In this document: positions 1 to 12,600 of the stretch, in pieces
How positions within the stretch are numbered: position 1 is the first letter of the stretch
Layout of the letters: each line of letters starts with the position of its first letter
NCBI RefSeq assembly: GCF_009914755.1
Contig: NC_060935.1
Strand: one strand, 5' to 3'
DNA: 64,000 nucleotides
Source: the human T2T-CHM13v2.0 reference genome, Homo sapiens
Notes under the pieces: generated by a model
The model's database searches: none
Told to the model about the DNA's origin: nothing
Seen by the model: only the letters and a program-made list of their open reading frames with translations
Position numbers and translations under genes: made by a program

Positions 1-238
1 AGCTTCTGAATTACTCGGGGACTTCCCTGACACGTTAGCACGGTTTTTATAGCAAGAGGCTGTTCCGATTTGGAGTTTTGCAATGCAGTCATGGTAGATG
101 AAGGAGGTGCCCAGTAGCTTCTGGATTACTAAATATAGTATTTTAAATGTTGTACATCAGTGAAATGACATGAACATCATACGGAACTAGTACAGTTACC
201 AGAGCTTCCATGACAGTGCTCTTTGATCTCTTCTATAG

Positions 239-346
239 GATGAGAAGCTAACTAAAGAGGAAATATTGGAGAACTGGAACATGTTTGTTGGAAGCCAAGC
301 TACCAATTACGGGGAAGATCTCACAAAAAATCATGATGAGCTTTGA
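239..346 (+). CDS. RCN1: Last coding exon of reticulocalbin-1 (CREC-family EF-hand ER luminal protein)
   Basis: Polypyrimidine tract and AG (ctctttgatctcttctatag) end at 238. The frame reads [38 protein letters not shown], followed by a second stop TAG. The HDEL ER-retention signal and sequence match the RCN1 C-terminus. Confidence 0.97.
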   Translation, partial: DEKLTKEEILENWNMFVGSQATNYGEDLTKNHDEL

Positions 347-1410
347 TAGACACTCACCAGAATATGGCAGACTGTCATAGGCATTCTGTTATTGTCTTGG
401 ATTGTTGCTACAATTGTCTAATTTACAGCAGTTGTGATCCCACAAAAAGCAAGTTTATACCTCAGATTGGGGTATAAAAATTGTTTTTCGCTCAGTATTT
501 ACTGGAAAATGGACATCACTAGTCTTTCAGTAAGATTTCTCTCAAAACACGTGAAAACCTTGGTAAATTGCAATTCTTTCTGGGGATATATTGGTACAAC
601 ATGACTTAAAACTTTTTTTTTTCTATTAAAACTTAAAGGGGAACAAAACTTGAAAAAGCCCTGTTCTTCAGAAGGTGAGTGGGTTGAGGGAGGCAGTAAT
701 ATGAAGTGACTGCTGTGTATTTTAACTACCAGATTTTTTATATTTGCCACTGTTAAATAGTTGGAAAGGGGAAATTCTGATTAAGCGAAAGTGGTATCAT
801 CCTAGGTAAGCTTATTTCAGAACAAGTCTAATATTTCAGATTCTTTCTTTTCGACTTTATACTCTGAGTTATTACTTACTGTAAGTGGTGTATATGAAAC
901 CTCCATGCATTTTCCAGTATGGATCTGCTAATATGCACAGTAAATCCATGTCTTTGTTTGTTTTTCTATTAAAAAGCAATCAAGAAAGATAATGTGAAAA
1001 AGAAAGGAATTTAGAGGTAGGGAAAAGATGAATGTCAGACATTTGAAGAACTATAGTAAAATGATAAACACTAAATATACTTGAGAAAACTTTCTTAATA
1101 TGCCAATGAGGTAGGCCTGATCTTTGAAATAGTGAATAGGAATACAATGCATTTCCTCAGTGATCACTGATTAGAATGAGTTGGTGGGATCCTTGGGAAG
1201 CCAAACGGAGCGGAGTTCTGGATCATGTCCCATCCAGTCCAGTGAATCCACGACCCGCAGACCTGCCCCCCCGCAACAGCTTATACCATGGAATGAGGAC
1301 AAGGTGATACTCTGAGCTGTGGACTGAACTGGCAGACACAACCTGTACAGATTGAAATTTCACCTTGTAAGGAGGAAGTGAATGAAATAAAGGATCCCCC
1401 TAAGGATTTT
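347..1410 (+). other. RCN1: RCN1 3' UTR
   Basis: AU-rich unique sequence after the stop codon, ending at AATAAA 1386-1391. The end coordinate is estimated from the signal. Confidence 0.8.
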
Positions 1411-1432
1411 CTACTGTGTCCTGTGGTGTTTG
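1386..1432 (+). terminator. RCN1 polyadenylation signal and GU-rich downstream element
   Basis: AATAAA at 1386-1391 followed by ctgtgtcctgtggtgtttg about 25-40 nt later. ATTAAA at 968-973 is a possible proximal alternative. Confidence 0.75.
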
Positions 1433-1559
1433 ACTTCACAGATGCTATTTGTGACATTATTCATATAGCATAAAACAGTGGGGTTGGATCCCATGAATAA
1501 CATTATAAAGGTTCTGGGGTTTTTTTTCATCCAATTACTAGAATGTTCAGAATAGACTC

Positions 1560-2620
1560 ATATTTACTAATTTAATAAATGTATATACTTAATGCCTTTA
1601 CTTTTCTAGGTCATTTTAACTATAAAATCTTCCTGAAAAAGGTTGCACCTGGAAAATCTGGACTTCTTCCCTGGGCCTATGAGGCGCTGTAGGAGGAGGC
1701 CTATGGGATCTGGCCCCTACCAGCAGTAGCATCATCTCCTTACCACTGTCCCTTTCATACCGCCTATAGTCTGGCCCCAGAGACTTTCTAGTCCTCAGAC
1801 ACACCAAGGTCATTCCCAGGTTGGGCCCTTTGCACTTGCTGCCCCCTCACATTCAGAATACCCATCTCTCACGCCCTCGGGTAACACATGGTACTTCCTC
1901 AGGGGGGCTTTCCAGACCCCACTATTTAAAGTAATCCCAACTCGAATCTCGGTTTCACATCCCCATTTTATTTTCTTCTTGGCATGCATTACTATTTGTA
2001 TTCATTTCCATGCCTTCTGTCCAAATTGCCACAAAGTGGGGGATTTACAGTGACAGAAACTTACACGGTTCTGGAGGCCAGGGTCTGAAGTCAAGGTGTC
2101 AGCAGGGCTGCTCTGCCTCTGAAGGCACTAGGGAAAATGCCTCCTTGCTTCTTCCAGCTTCTGGTGACTCCTTGGAGTTCCTTAGCTTGTGGCTACATCA
2201 CTCCACTGCGTCATCTCTGCCTCTGTCTTCACAAGGCCTTCCTCTCCTTTCTCTGTGTCTCCCCTTGGTGTGTCTTTTATAAGCACACTTGTCATTTGAT
2301 TTAGAGCCCACTTGGATTATCTAAGATGGTCTCATCTTGAGGTGCATAATTACATCATCCCTTTTTCCAAGTAAGATCACATTCACAGGTTCTGGGGGTT
2401 AGCAGGTGGATATATCTTTTGGTGGGGGGCCTTCATTCAAGCTAACCTACTACACCACTTGACATTATATTGTTTGGACATTGCTTGTCTCTCCCAAGCT
2501 AGAATATAAACCATGAGACCAGCAGTCTCGTTTTCTGATTTACTGCTGTTTCCCGGGACTGCGAACAGTAGAGTCTATTAGCAATAAATGCTCAGGAATT
2601 ATTTGCTGAATGAATGAGAG
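1560..2620 (+). mobile_element. L2 LINE 3' fragment split by an MLT1 LTR
   Basis: L2-type motifs (cctttgcacttgctg..., ctagaatataaaccatgag, tgctgaatgaatga at ~2605-2617). Confidence 0.7.
2010..2450 (-). mobile_element. MLT1B/C-type MaLR LTR
   Basis: cagaaacttacacggttctggaggccagggtctgaagtcaaggtgtcagcagggctg and aagatcacattcacaggttctgggg are hallmark MLT1 motifs. Confidence 0.75.
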
Positions 2621-4294
2621 GCTGATGGCTTTAATCAAAGGGAATATCTCTCAGGGAAAAAAATTCTGTAAAAAATATTAAAATAGCTAACAATTGCTAA
2701 ATGGGAACTTTGAGCGATTTGCCCAAGATTCCACAATGATTAAATGGCAAGGCAAGACATCAACTCCAGGTGTTCCTGGCTCCAAAGTTCTCTTCCATTT
2801 AGCTTTAAGTTTTGCTGCTCCAAATCTCAAAATTTCATATGTTTTCTCTTTATTTCTTTGCTCATCCACAGCATATGATTATGTGGTAAGGAAATGAGAA
2901 TAACTCCGCTTTACTAGAAATAAGCATATGGCTTTTTTTTTAAAGCAATGAGAAGCTGTTTTTTAAAAAATGAGAAAATAATATTGTGTAACCTAATTAT
3001 AAGCATAACAATTTAAAAGGTGATGACATTATTTTTCACCTCCAAAAAGGAATATAGTTGATTTATTATTATATGTAGTAAGACATTAAATATATTTGGA
3101 GCATTAACTTTTTCCTTTCAAGTCAGTGCACATTGGAAGACTAACCCTGAACGATACTAGAGCTTCTGGGGCTGAATTTAACACTAAAGAATGAAAACCT
3201 TAGCTAGGGGCAAAACTGTTAACATGGTGATTTGTAAAACCTTAGATTTCTAATAAGGTCTGACTGTTTCAAGGAAAACATATTTTGTTTCTAGGTAACA
3301 TTTCAAGTCTGATTATGAACAAATGCTACAAAATTGATCTGTAATGGGAAATACTGTAATGTCACAAAGCATTATTTAATGCTTAATGTGACTGAAAGCA
3401 TTAATTGCTAGGAGCCATTGTCTGTCCAAGCAAAACACAAACACACATTTTACACTCCGCGTCTCTTACTGTAGGTTTTCGAATGAATAAAAGTGTCACA
3501 AAAATGTAGTTAGAAAATCTGCCATACCTGAAGGTTTTCTTCACCTGTTTGGAATATGGTAGTTGTTCCCTTATTAGCAAATGCGTGAGTCGTATCTTCT
3601 CAGAAGTCCCCAGCAAACAGTTGCTGTGTGGCTGCTTGTTAGCAGCTCAGCTAAAATGTCTCGTGGGGTGAGGTAGTGAGTGGTTGACGGGATTTTTTTT
3701 TTTTCCTTCTAGATTTATTTTGTCACTTTCATAATGAAATCTCAGGTTTCTCCAAGAACGTGCAGTTGAGATTTGGCTGTCTCTGAAGTACTGAAATGAG
3801 TTTATAGCACTAGAATTCCCACTAAAAACCAATGAGTGGCATAACGTTCATCACTTTGGCTCACACTGAAGTATTAAAAGTCTGAGTACTGGCTGGAAAC
3901 CTTGTGTCATCAGTAAACTCATGAGATTTACATGAACTTGGGGCTATTTCCAAAGAAACCATCCCCATCCTCAATTCTGGTCAGTCCCAGGGTCCATGGC
4001 TGGGGATACATACCCTAGGTGTAATGCGTCGCACCACCCCATGTGCTTTTAGTACCTCTATAATTTTTCTCATGTAAAATAGAAAATGGAGTCTGATTCT
4101 CCCACAGAAGTCCATCAAAGAAAATGGCTGTAAGGATTGGCTACCTTCTACCTCAAAGGTGTTTGTGTAGTGAGCACTTAAGCATTTCATTGCTCCTAGG
4201 ATAAACACTAATAGCTCTGTACCAGGAACTATACCAAGCACATACATACATTTCTTTCTCATGTAACCCTCACAGCAGCCCTTGAGATTGGTAC

Positions 4295-4640
4295 TTGTAG
4301 GAAAGAGGAGAAGCCAGGTTATGTTGCAGTAACAGACAATGCTAACATCTCAGTGGTTTAAAGCAACAGAGGTATAATCTTTGCTTTTGCAAAGCCAGCT
4401 GTGGCCTGGCCAGTTGTCTGTGGTGTGGGGTCTCAGCAAGATATCTCCACAAGCAACCATATCCACTGGAGACCCCACACAGGCAATCCACTGCTGCCAC
4501 CTAAAAGTGGCCCCTGTCACTCATGCTCACTGACATTGGTCAGTCAAAGCAAGTCATGTGGCCACATCTAACTTCAAGGGAGCAGGAGAGTGTGATCCTA
4601 CTGCTGAAAGCACTGGTGAGCAGCATCTGTGGTTACCACA
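4295..4640 (-). mobile_element. Old MLT1 (H-K type) LTR
   Basis: aggttatgttgcagtaacagacaatg...cattggtcagtcaaagcaagtcatgtggccacatctaacttcaagggagcagg. Confidence 0.6.
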
Positions 4641-5145
4641 GTGGATTCCCATCTTACAAATCAGGGAACTAGAAAGGGAAGTAATGCCCAAAGCCACCCA
4701 ACTCACATATGAGATGACTGTATAATTGATTGTCCAGACAAGGACACCTTTGCCAATGAAAGGGAGGAGTTTTAATCAATATCTCCCTGAATCCTGGACA
4801 ACCTGCTCTGCTCACTTTGGGACTAGTAAAGACTCATTCCACTCCTTGTCTCACTATGTTCTTCCCCAAGGGTTGAGAAGTCCATGGGCCAAAAAATTTT
4901 GCCCATTCAGAGCCAGTGCCTCCTGCTTCTAGACCATGCTCCAAGTCCCCAGATGACTCCAGAACTCTCTGCCCAAATGACCCCAAGTCTCTTCCAAAGC
5001 CTGGGTCAGCCTCTTCCCCAGGTATATCTTCCAAAGGGCAGGCAACATGGTGGGTAAGCCCACCTCTAGTCCCAAAGGATGGCCAACGGGCAGCTGTTGG
5101 GGGGTGGACTTGATGTAAACCTGCAGGCTGCGGTGTTCACACACA

Positions 5146-5990
5146 CTGCTATGGTTTGAATCTATGAATCACCCAAAATTCATTTGCTGAAACTTAAGAC
5201 CCAAGGCAATGACATTGTAAACAAAAAAGTATGCGTCAGGTCTCAATCAATTTAGAAGTTTATTTTGCCAAGGTTAAGGACATGCCTGGGAGGAAAAAAC
5301 AAAACAAAACACAGAATCAAAGAAACAGCCTGTGGTCTGTGCTTTTCTCCAAGGATGATTTCGAGGGCTTCAATATTTAAAGGGAGAAAGAGGCTGCAGG
5401 GGAAAGAGTGAGATAGGATATGGAAATCCACAGGTTGCAAGGAAAAAAGAGCAGGTAGGGGAATAGTGAATTATGTATTCGTCTCCTGCTCAGTAAATCG
5501 GTACTTTACATACAGTAAGGGGAATATAAAGTAGCTACCTGTGGAAATACTTAACTTTTATCGGTAGGTATCTGCTCAGGAGCAAAAGGAAAGGGAGCTT
5601 CTTGCATGACTCAGCTTTCGGCTTAACTTTTCCTTGTGGCAGAGCGAATTGGGATCCCAAGTTTTTATTTTCCTCTCACAGTATTAAGAGGTGGGGCTTT
5701 TAGGAGGTGATTAGTTCATGAGGGCAGGGCCCTCATGAATAGGATTAGTGCCTCTATAAAAGGGCTCAAGAGAACTAGCTAGGCCTCCTTTTTGCCCTTC
5801 TGCCATGTGAGGACCCAGCAACAAGGCACCATCTTGGAAGCGGGGAGAAGCCTTCACTAGATACCAAACCTACCAGGGCTCTGATCTTGCACTTTCTAGC
5901 CTACAAAGCTGTGAGAAATAAATTTCTATTCTTTATAAATGACCCAGTCTAAGGTATTTTGTTACAGCAACAAAAACAGACTAACAGACA
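5146..5990 (+). mobile_element. MSTD/MLT1A-type MaLR LTR interrupted by a MER4-group LTR
   Basis: Starts tgctatggtttgaa, resumes at 5681 with gtattaagaggtggggcttttaggaggtgattag, and ends aaacagactaacagaca. Confidence 0.75.
5216..5680 (-). mobile_element. MER4-group ERV1 solo LTR
   Basis: TG...CA termini. The reverse complement starts tgtgagaggaaaataaaaacttgggatcccaattc, as in MER4-family LTRs. Confidence 0.8.
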
Positions 5991-6162
5991 CACCTACATG
6001 GAGCCCATTGGTAGGAAGAACAATAATAGAGTGACCTCCATTTTTTATTCCCATGATGGGGCCCACAAGTATTAGGGGATGGCCTGCCATGATGCTAGGG
6101 CAACCAGGATCGTCTTGGGTAAACAGAGACATGTGGTTCCCCTACTTAGAAATGGCAGATAA

Positions 6163-6452
6163 GGCCGAGCGCAGTGGCTCAAGCCTGCAATCCCAGTTCT
6201 TTGGGAGGCTGAGGTGGGCAGATCATGAGGTCAGGAGTTCAAGACCAGCCTGGCCAACATGGCGAAACCCCATCTCTATTAAAGATACAAAAAATTAGCC
6301 CGGCGTGATGGTGCACACCTGCAATCCCAGCTACTCAGGAGGCTGAGGCAGGAGAATCGCTTGAATCCGGGAGGTGGAGGTTTCAGTGAGCCAAGATCAC
6401 GGCACTGCACTCCAGCCCAGGTGGGTGACAGTGCGAGACTCTGTGTCAAAAA

Positions 6453-6485
<33 letters not shown>
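6163..6485 (+). mobile_element. AluS (Sg-like) with (TAAA)n tail
   Basis: Full dimeric Alu; 13-bp TSD aaatggcagataa at 6150-6162 and 6486-6498. Confidence 0.95.
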
Positions 6486-6487
<2 letters not shown>

Positions 6488-7878
6488 ATGGCAGATAAGG
6501 GATACAAATACAGGTCTCTCTGTTAATCACTCCACTATACTGCCTCTGATTCAGGAGCCTCTTAGTGGAACCAACAGGGCTATCACCACAATTTTTAAAA
6601 CTGGTGGGAGGGCATGGTGTCATTTGAAAATTCAGGACTACTGTGATGAGATGCAGAGTTGGTAGCATGGAAAGACGGGTCCAAAGTCCTGGTTGAATTC
6701 GAGTTCTAACTCTGCCACTCAGAAGTGCTGTGATCTTGGCAGGTTACCCTCCTCCTGAAGAGCCTGTTCTGTTTTAAAGTGGGGATCATCATCATAATAC
6801 CTAGCTCCCAGAGTAGCTCTGCAAATGAGGTGAGATAATGCATGTGCAAGGAGTTCGAGGACTGGGAAGTGACACACACATAAAAGGATTGCTCTCTGTT
6901 GACCCTCCTGAGCAGGTCAAGTGCCAGAGTTCAGGTAATCAATGCCTGCAAACACCAGGCTGCTGTTTAATCATCTTTTCATGCTTTAGAATTATTCCTG
7001 TGAAGCATTTTTAAAACCCCCAAATCAATCTATTACTAGGTTGAACTAAATGGCCTCAATGACAAAGGAATAGCACTTCGCAATTGTTTTTATTATGGTG
7101 AGGGTATTCCAAAGATATTTATAAGTGGCAGGGATTTGGAACTCAATTCCATAGCAGATGGAGAGTCTCCATACATGCAAAAAGCATTCAAGAATCCAGA
7201 TGGAAAAGGTCACTGGGGATTATGTTTTCCAAATCAGGAAACTGAGGCCCAGGGAGATTAAACCCATGGTTTTCCCTGTGGCACTGAGGTGGAGACAGAC
7301 CTTGGACTAGAACCTGACTCAGCTGTCTTCTTTAAAACCTCAACTTTCTCATCTGGAAAATGGTGATAATAACACCTGTTGTATAGAACAGTCATGATGA
7401 TTGATTGAAGCAATGACCGTAAAGCATTCTGTGTCTTCAGCATTCAGCAAATGGCAGCCATTTTTATTATGACCCTCAAGTATGGTCCTTATGTATTTCA
7501 GCATCAAAGATTTATTTTATTCATAGTTACCTCTAGACTGCAATCCATGGCATGAGTGACTGATTGAGGTTATGGATTTAACAGAAAAGTGTCAAAGGTT
7601 TATTGGTTGGTTGTTGTAAACATGTAAAGAAAGCTGGCTTTACTGCACTGAAGTTTACATCTTCTGTAAAAGGGAGGTCTGAACAGTACCTACCTCATAA
7701 GGTGACTGCAAGGGCTCAGAGAGGAAAGCCCTTAGCCCCAAGCCTTGATGCAAGAAGGCACTTGATCAATGGAGCTAGATGACTCTGTTATAAAAAATAT
7801 TAATGAATTGACAGTCATTTTAAGGTCAAAAATATATGCAAAAGAATCAAAAGAAATTGTCTAGAGAATAACCTAAAC

Positions 7879-7884
7879 TTTATT
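7879..7884 (-). terminator. Poly(A) signal of the thioesterase pseudogene
   Basis: tttatt on + (AATAAA on -) about 40 nt after the TGA at 7924-7922. Confidence 0.7.
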
Positions 7885-7921
7885 TTATGACATACACAAT
7901 TCCATGTACAGTATGTGTGAT

Positions 7922-8209
7922 TCATATGGAAGCTGTCCTCATCAGCTGCAGGAGGCCCCTCTGGAAGTCTTCTGGAAGGCTTGTTGGCTTGCCGGTGGCT
8001 GGATTCACAAAGACTTAAACTGAAGAACCAGTGGTACAGGACAGAGCATCAAACTGTGCCAGCAGGGGATGGCCAAAGAAAAAGGCATCACTGAGGTCAC
8101 GGTGATCTACGGAGGGCAGCTCCTCAGTGGGCTTAGGTGGAAATAGAGCAAGGAGGTAATGCACACTGGAGTGACTAACTTTCTCCACAACCAAGGCAGC
8201 CACTGGGAT
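7922..8209 (-). pseudogene. THEM7P: Terminal coding exon of a hot-dog-fold thioesterase pseudogene (THEM7P)
   Basis: Acceptor ggtttccttAG, then IPVAALVVEKVSHSSVHYLLALFPPKPTEELPSVDHRDLSDAFFFGHPLLAQFDALSCTTGSSV*VFVNPATGKPTSLPEDFQRGLLQLMRTASI-TGA. It resembles 4HBT-like motifs (VEK.G.SSV.Y; VFV...T.KP..LP). Premature TAA at 8017-8015. Position next to RCN1 fits recalled synteny. Confidence 0.85.
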
Positions 8210-8384
8210 CTAAGGAAACCTGATAGGTGTGTGGTAGATACACCAATTGGCCACCCTGAACCCCAGCATGGAGGATGACTGCAAGCTAGTTTTCAGGCCA
8301 CAGTACCTAGAAGATTAGATCACAATGCTTATTCTGGGGCACCATGATGCTGTCTCCCAGCCCAAAGGCAGCCTGTTTCAGTAG

Positions 8385-8715
8385 CAGAGGGCTCTAGCCT
8401 CAAAGGACCTTGGTCCAAATCCCAGCTCTGCCACTTAACCAAATTACCTTTGGCAAATTACTTAACTTCCCTGTACCTTTGTTTCTTTTTATTTTATTTA
8501 TTTTTTATTTTACAGTGCTCTGCATGTTCAGAGAAATCTCTAGTAATGAACTATAGAATGATCCCTTAAAATATAGTCTATCTCAGTCTCTACAACAATC
8601 TAACATCATAACCTACCTCATAGGCTGATTGTGAGAATTAAATGACGAGTGTATACCATTTAATATATTAACAGTTCCTAGACAGGGTAAGTTCTTATTA
8701 AACATTGGCTATTAT
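8385..8715 (+). mobile_element. MIR SINE, host of the U3 copy
   Basis: aaatcccagctctgccactta...ggcaaattacttaacttccctgt, resuming acctacctcataggctgattgtgagaattaaatg. Confidence 0.75.
8486..8579 (-). pseudogene. 3'-truncated U3 snoRNA retrocopy inside a MIR
   Basis: The reverse complement agactatattttaagggatcattctatagttcattactagagatttctctgaacatgcagagcac matches U3 nt ~2-70 (AAGACTATACTTTCAGGGATCATTTCTATAGTGTGTTACTAGAGAAGTTTCTCTGAACGTGTAGAGCAC), followed by an A-rich tail. Confidence 0.9.
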
Positions 8716-8722
8716 TAATACA

Positions 8723-8773
8723 TGCAATTCCTTTTAATGGCAAAAACCACAATGACTTTTGCACCAACCTAAT
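8723..8773. mobile_element. Partial MADE1 (Hsmar1 MITE)
   Basis: cttttaatggcaaaaaccacaatgacttttgcaccaacctaata is one MADE1 terminal inverted repeat plus TA. Confidence 0.85.
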
Positions 8774-9654
8774 ACTTACGTCCCTCTTGTTCTCTTGCTT
8801 CTCACAATGAAAAGTCAGGTGCTTTTATGCTAAATGAGAAGGGAAACTCATTTATTAGAGATAAGTTATTGTGTCTCTTATTTCTGCTGCTAGATATTAA
8901 TCTCAAAGAACAGGGGCTGGGTCTTGTTCACTTTTTAAGTTTGTCTAATAGGAACAAGGTGACACTTGAGATAAAATTTGGAGGCTGAACAGAATCGGAA
9001 ATAAAAAGCATCGAGACATGTTGTCTTACTGTCTTCTCCTCTTGACAAAAATTAACATTGACTATGAGAGTTCATTGTGAAGGAAGAATTACAGCTTGTA
9101 TAAAGTTTGACTACAAAGTTATTCATTGATGCATTGTTCATGGAGGGAAAACAGAAACAAGCTACAAGTTTCTGCTCAGGGAGGGCACCCACCAAGAGTG
9201 TCATGTGGCCAGCCCCCCTCAGGGTACACCACGGTCACCCATGGTGCCATGAGATACGTCCACCGACTGACGTGGAAAGATGTTCAATGGAAAAGATCAG
9301 GTTACAGAACAGCATGTTCTACCCCACGTGATCTCACTCATTATACAAGAACATGTTGGTTTATGTACATATTGCCTAGAAAAAACGTTGAAAAGCTAGG
9401 CTGCAAAATGTTTTCAGTAGTTATCTAGCAGTGGAATTGTGGATAATTTTTTTTCTTCTTTTTGCTTACTTGAATCTTCCCAAATGAACATAATTTGCCT
9501 TTGAAATAAGAGAACATGTTATTTTTTCAATGGCTGAATGTAATTTTTTTTTAAAAGAAGCACTAGAGGGATGAGCAGTGGGATAAATGAGGCTCCTTCT
9601 TCCTTCTGCCAACGTCCTGCCCCCACTTCCCTGCTTTAGAAGTCTTCCTCATGA

Positions 9655-10130
9655 GTACTGTGAGAGTGCTGCTGTAACAAAATACCATAGCCCAGGGGGT
9701 GCTTATCAACAACAGAAGTTTATTTCCCGCAGTTCTGGAGACTGGGAAGGTCAAGATCAAGGCGCCAGCAGGTGGGTGTCTGGGGTGTGCCTGCCTCCTG
9801 GTTCACAGATGGCTGTCTTTTTACTGAGTGCTCACATGGCAGAAGAAGGTGAGAGAGTTTTCTGGGATCCCTTATAAAGGTGCTATTAGGTTGGTGCGTA
9901 AGTAATTGCGGTTTTTGCCATTGCTTTTAATTCACATGGAAGCTGGGCTCATCAGCTCATCATACATTACTTTTAATGGCAAAGACTGCAATTACTTTTG
10001 CACCAACCTAATAATTCTACTCATAAAAGCTCTGTCCTCAGAACCTAATCATCTCCCAAAGGACTCACCTCTGAAGATGAGGTTTCAACTATGAATGGGG
10101 AGTGGGGACAAACATTTAGTCTAGGGCAGA
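9655..10130 (-). mobile_element. MLT1A-type MaLR LTR containing a MADE1
   Basis: gctgctgtaacaaaataccatagcccagggggtgcttatcaacaacagaagtttatttcccgcagttctggagactgggaaggtcaagatcaagg. Confidence 0.8.
9886..10011. mobile_element. Complete MADE1 with an internal foreign insert
   Basis: TIRs ttaggttggtgc...gcaccaacctaa with TA target duplications (9884-85, 10012-13) and about 35 extra nt in the spacer. Confidence 0.92.
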
Positions 10131-11169
10131 GGGAAAGGGGAAAGGTGAAAAGAAAAGGCTTGCTTAATTTTCAGCATGACTCCAAGATCCAGTGAAAATC
10201 AAAATCACTTGCTTTTATTTCCCTTACCTTTCTTTTCTATTCTCTGCCACTGTTTTCCTCTTGGACAGTAAAGAAATCGTGCCTCTTCCCACTAGGAGAG
10301 CAATATTTCATGAGCAGCCTGTTTTCTGTGTGAGCCCAATTATATTTTTAAATAATTGAATTGCATTTAAACAATGCAGTCTACTGAACACCTGGTATGT
10401 GTCAGGACGGTGCTAGGTGCTTTACATTTTATACTCAGTTTGCAAAACAACCCTGCAAAGCAGGTCGCAGTTTCTCCATTCTACAGGGAAGAAAATAAAG
10501 CAAAGAGGTGGAATAAGTTTCCCAAAGACATGCATGCAGTAACTGGTGGACTTGGACCCAAACTTTGGGCTCTCTTGATGCAAAGTTCTCATTTTCTCCC
10601 CCATTCTGGATCTCTAGATGGAGAAAACAAAATCTACATTTCAGTCTAGTGGATGAACTGCATTTTTTTAAGTGGTTCCGGGACTTTGAAACAGTGTCAT
10701 CGCATTTAGGCAATATGCCCCATGTTTGGAAGTTCATGCCCTGATTTGGTTGGCAGTAACAATAGGCTTCTGAGTGAGAATGTTCCCCCTTGATTCTTTT
10801 CTTTTAGGTTTTAATTTTTATTAAAGTTTATATATATGTGTCTACTTTTAAAAATTCAAATAGTTGTTCAAGTCTTATCACACACACATACAAAAAACAC
10901 TTTTCTGGCTGGTTATACATTTGGTTATAGTCTAGGTCAGTAAGTTCTTAGAATGAGTGAATTCATTCAAAATCTCTATTGCACACCTGCTCTTAGTTAA
11001 ATGCTGAGGACACATCTTTGGGCAGCCTTTCCTCAGGAGTTCTCAATAAAGGATCTGGGTAGCATCAGCTCCCGTTTTCTCCTCTGGCAAGAAGTAGATG
11101 CCAGCTGTGTTACTTTCTGCTTGCAGAGGAAAGAAAAATCGGGCTGCCCCCTTCCACTCTTTGCTTCTT

Positions 11170-12600
<1,431 letters not shown>

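Noticed and set aside
6279-6668. ORFs overlapping Alus (also 11936, 15189, 34189, 37120, 39666, 61829)
   Set aside because: Typical Alu-derived pseudo-ORFs with no evidence of coding function.
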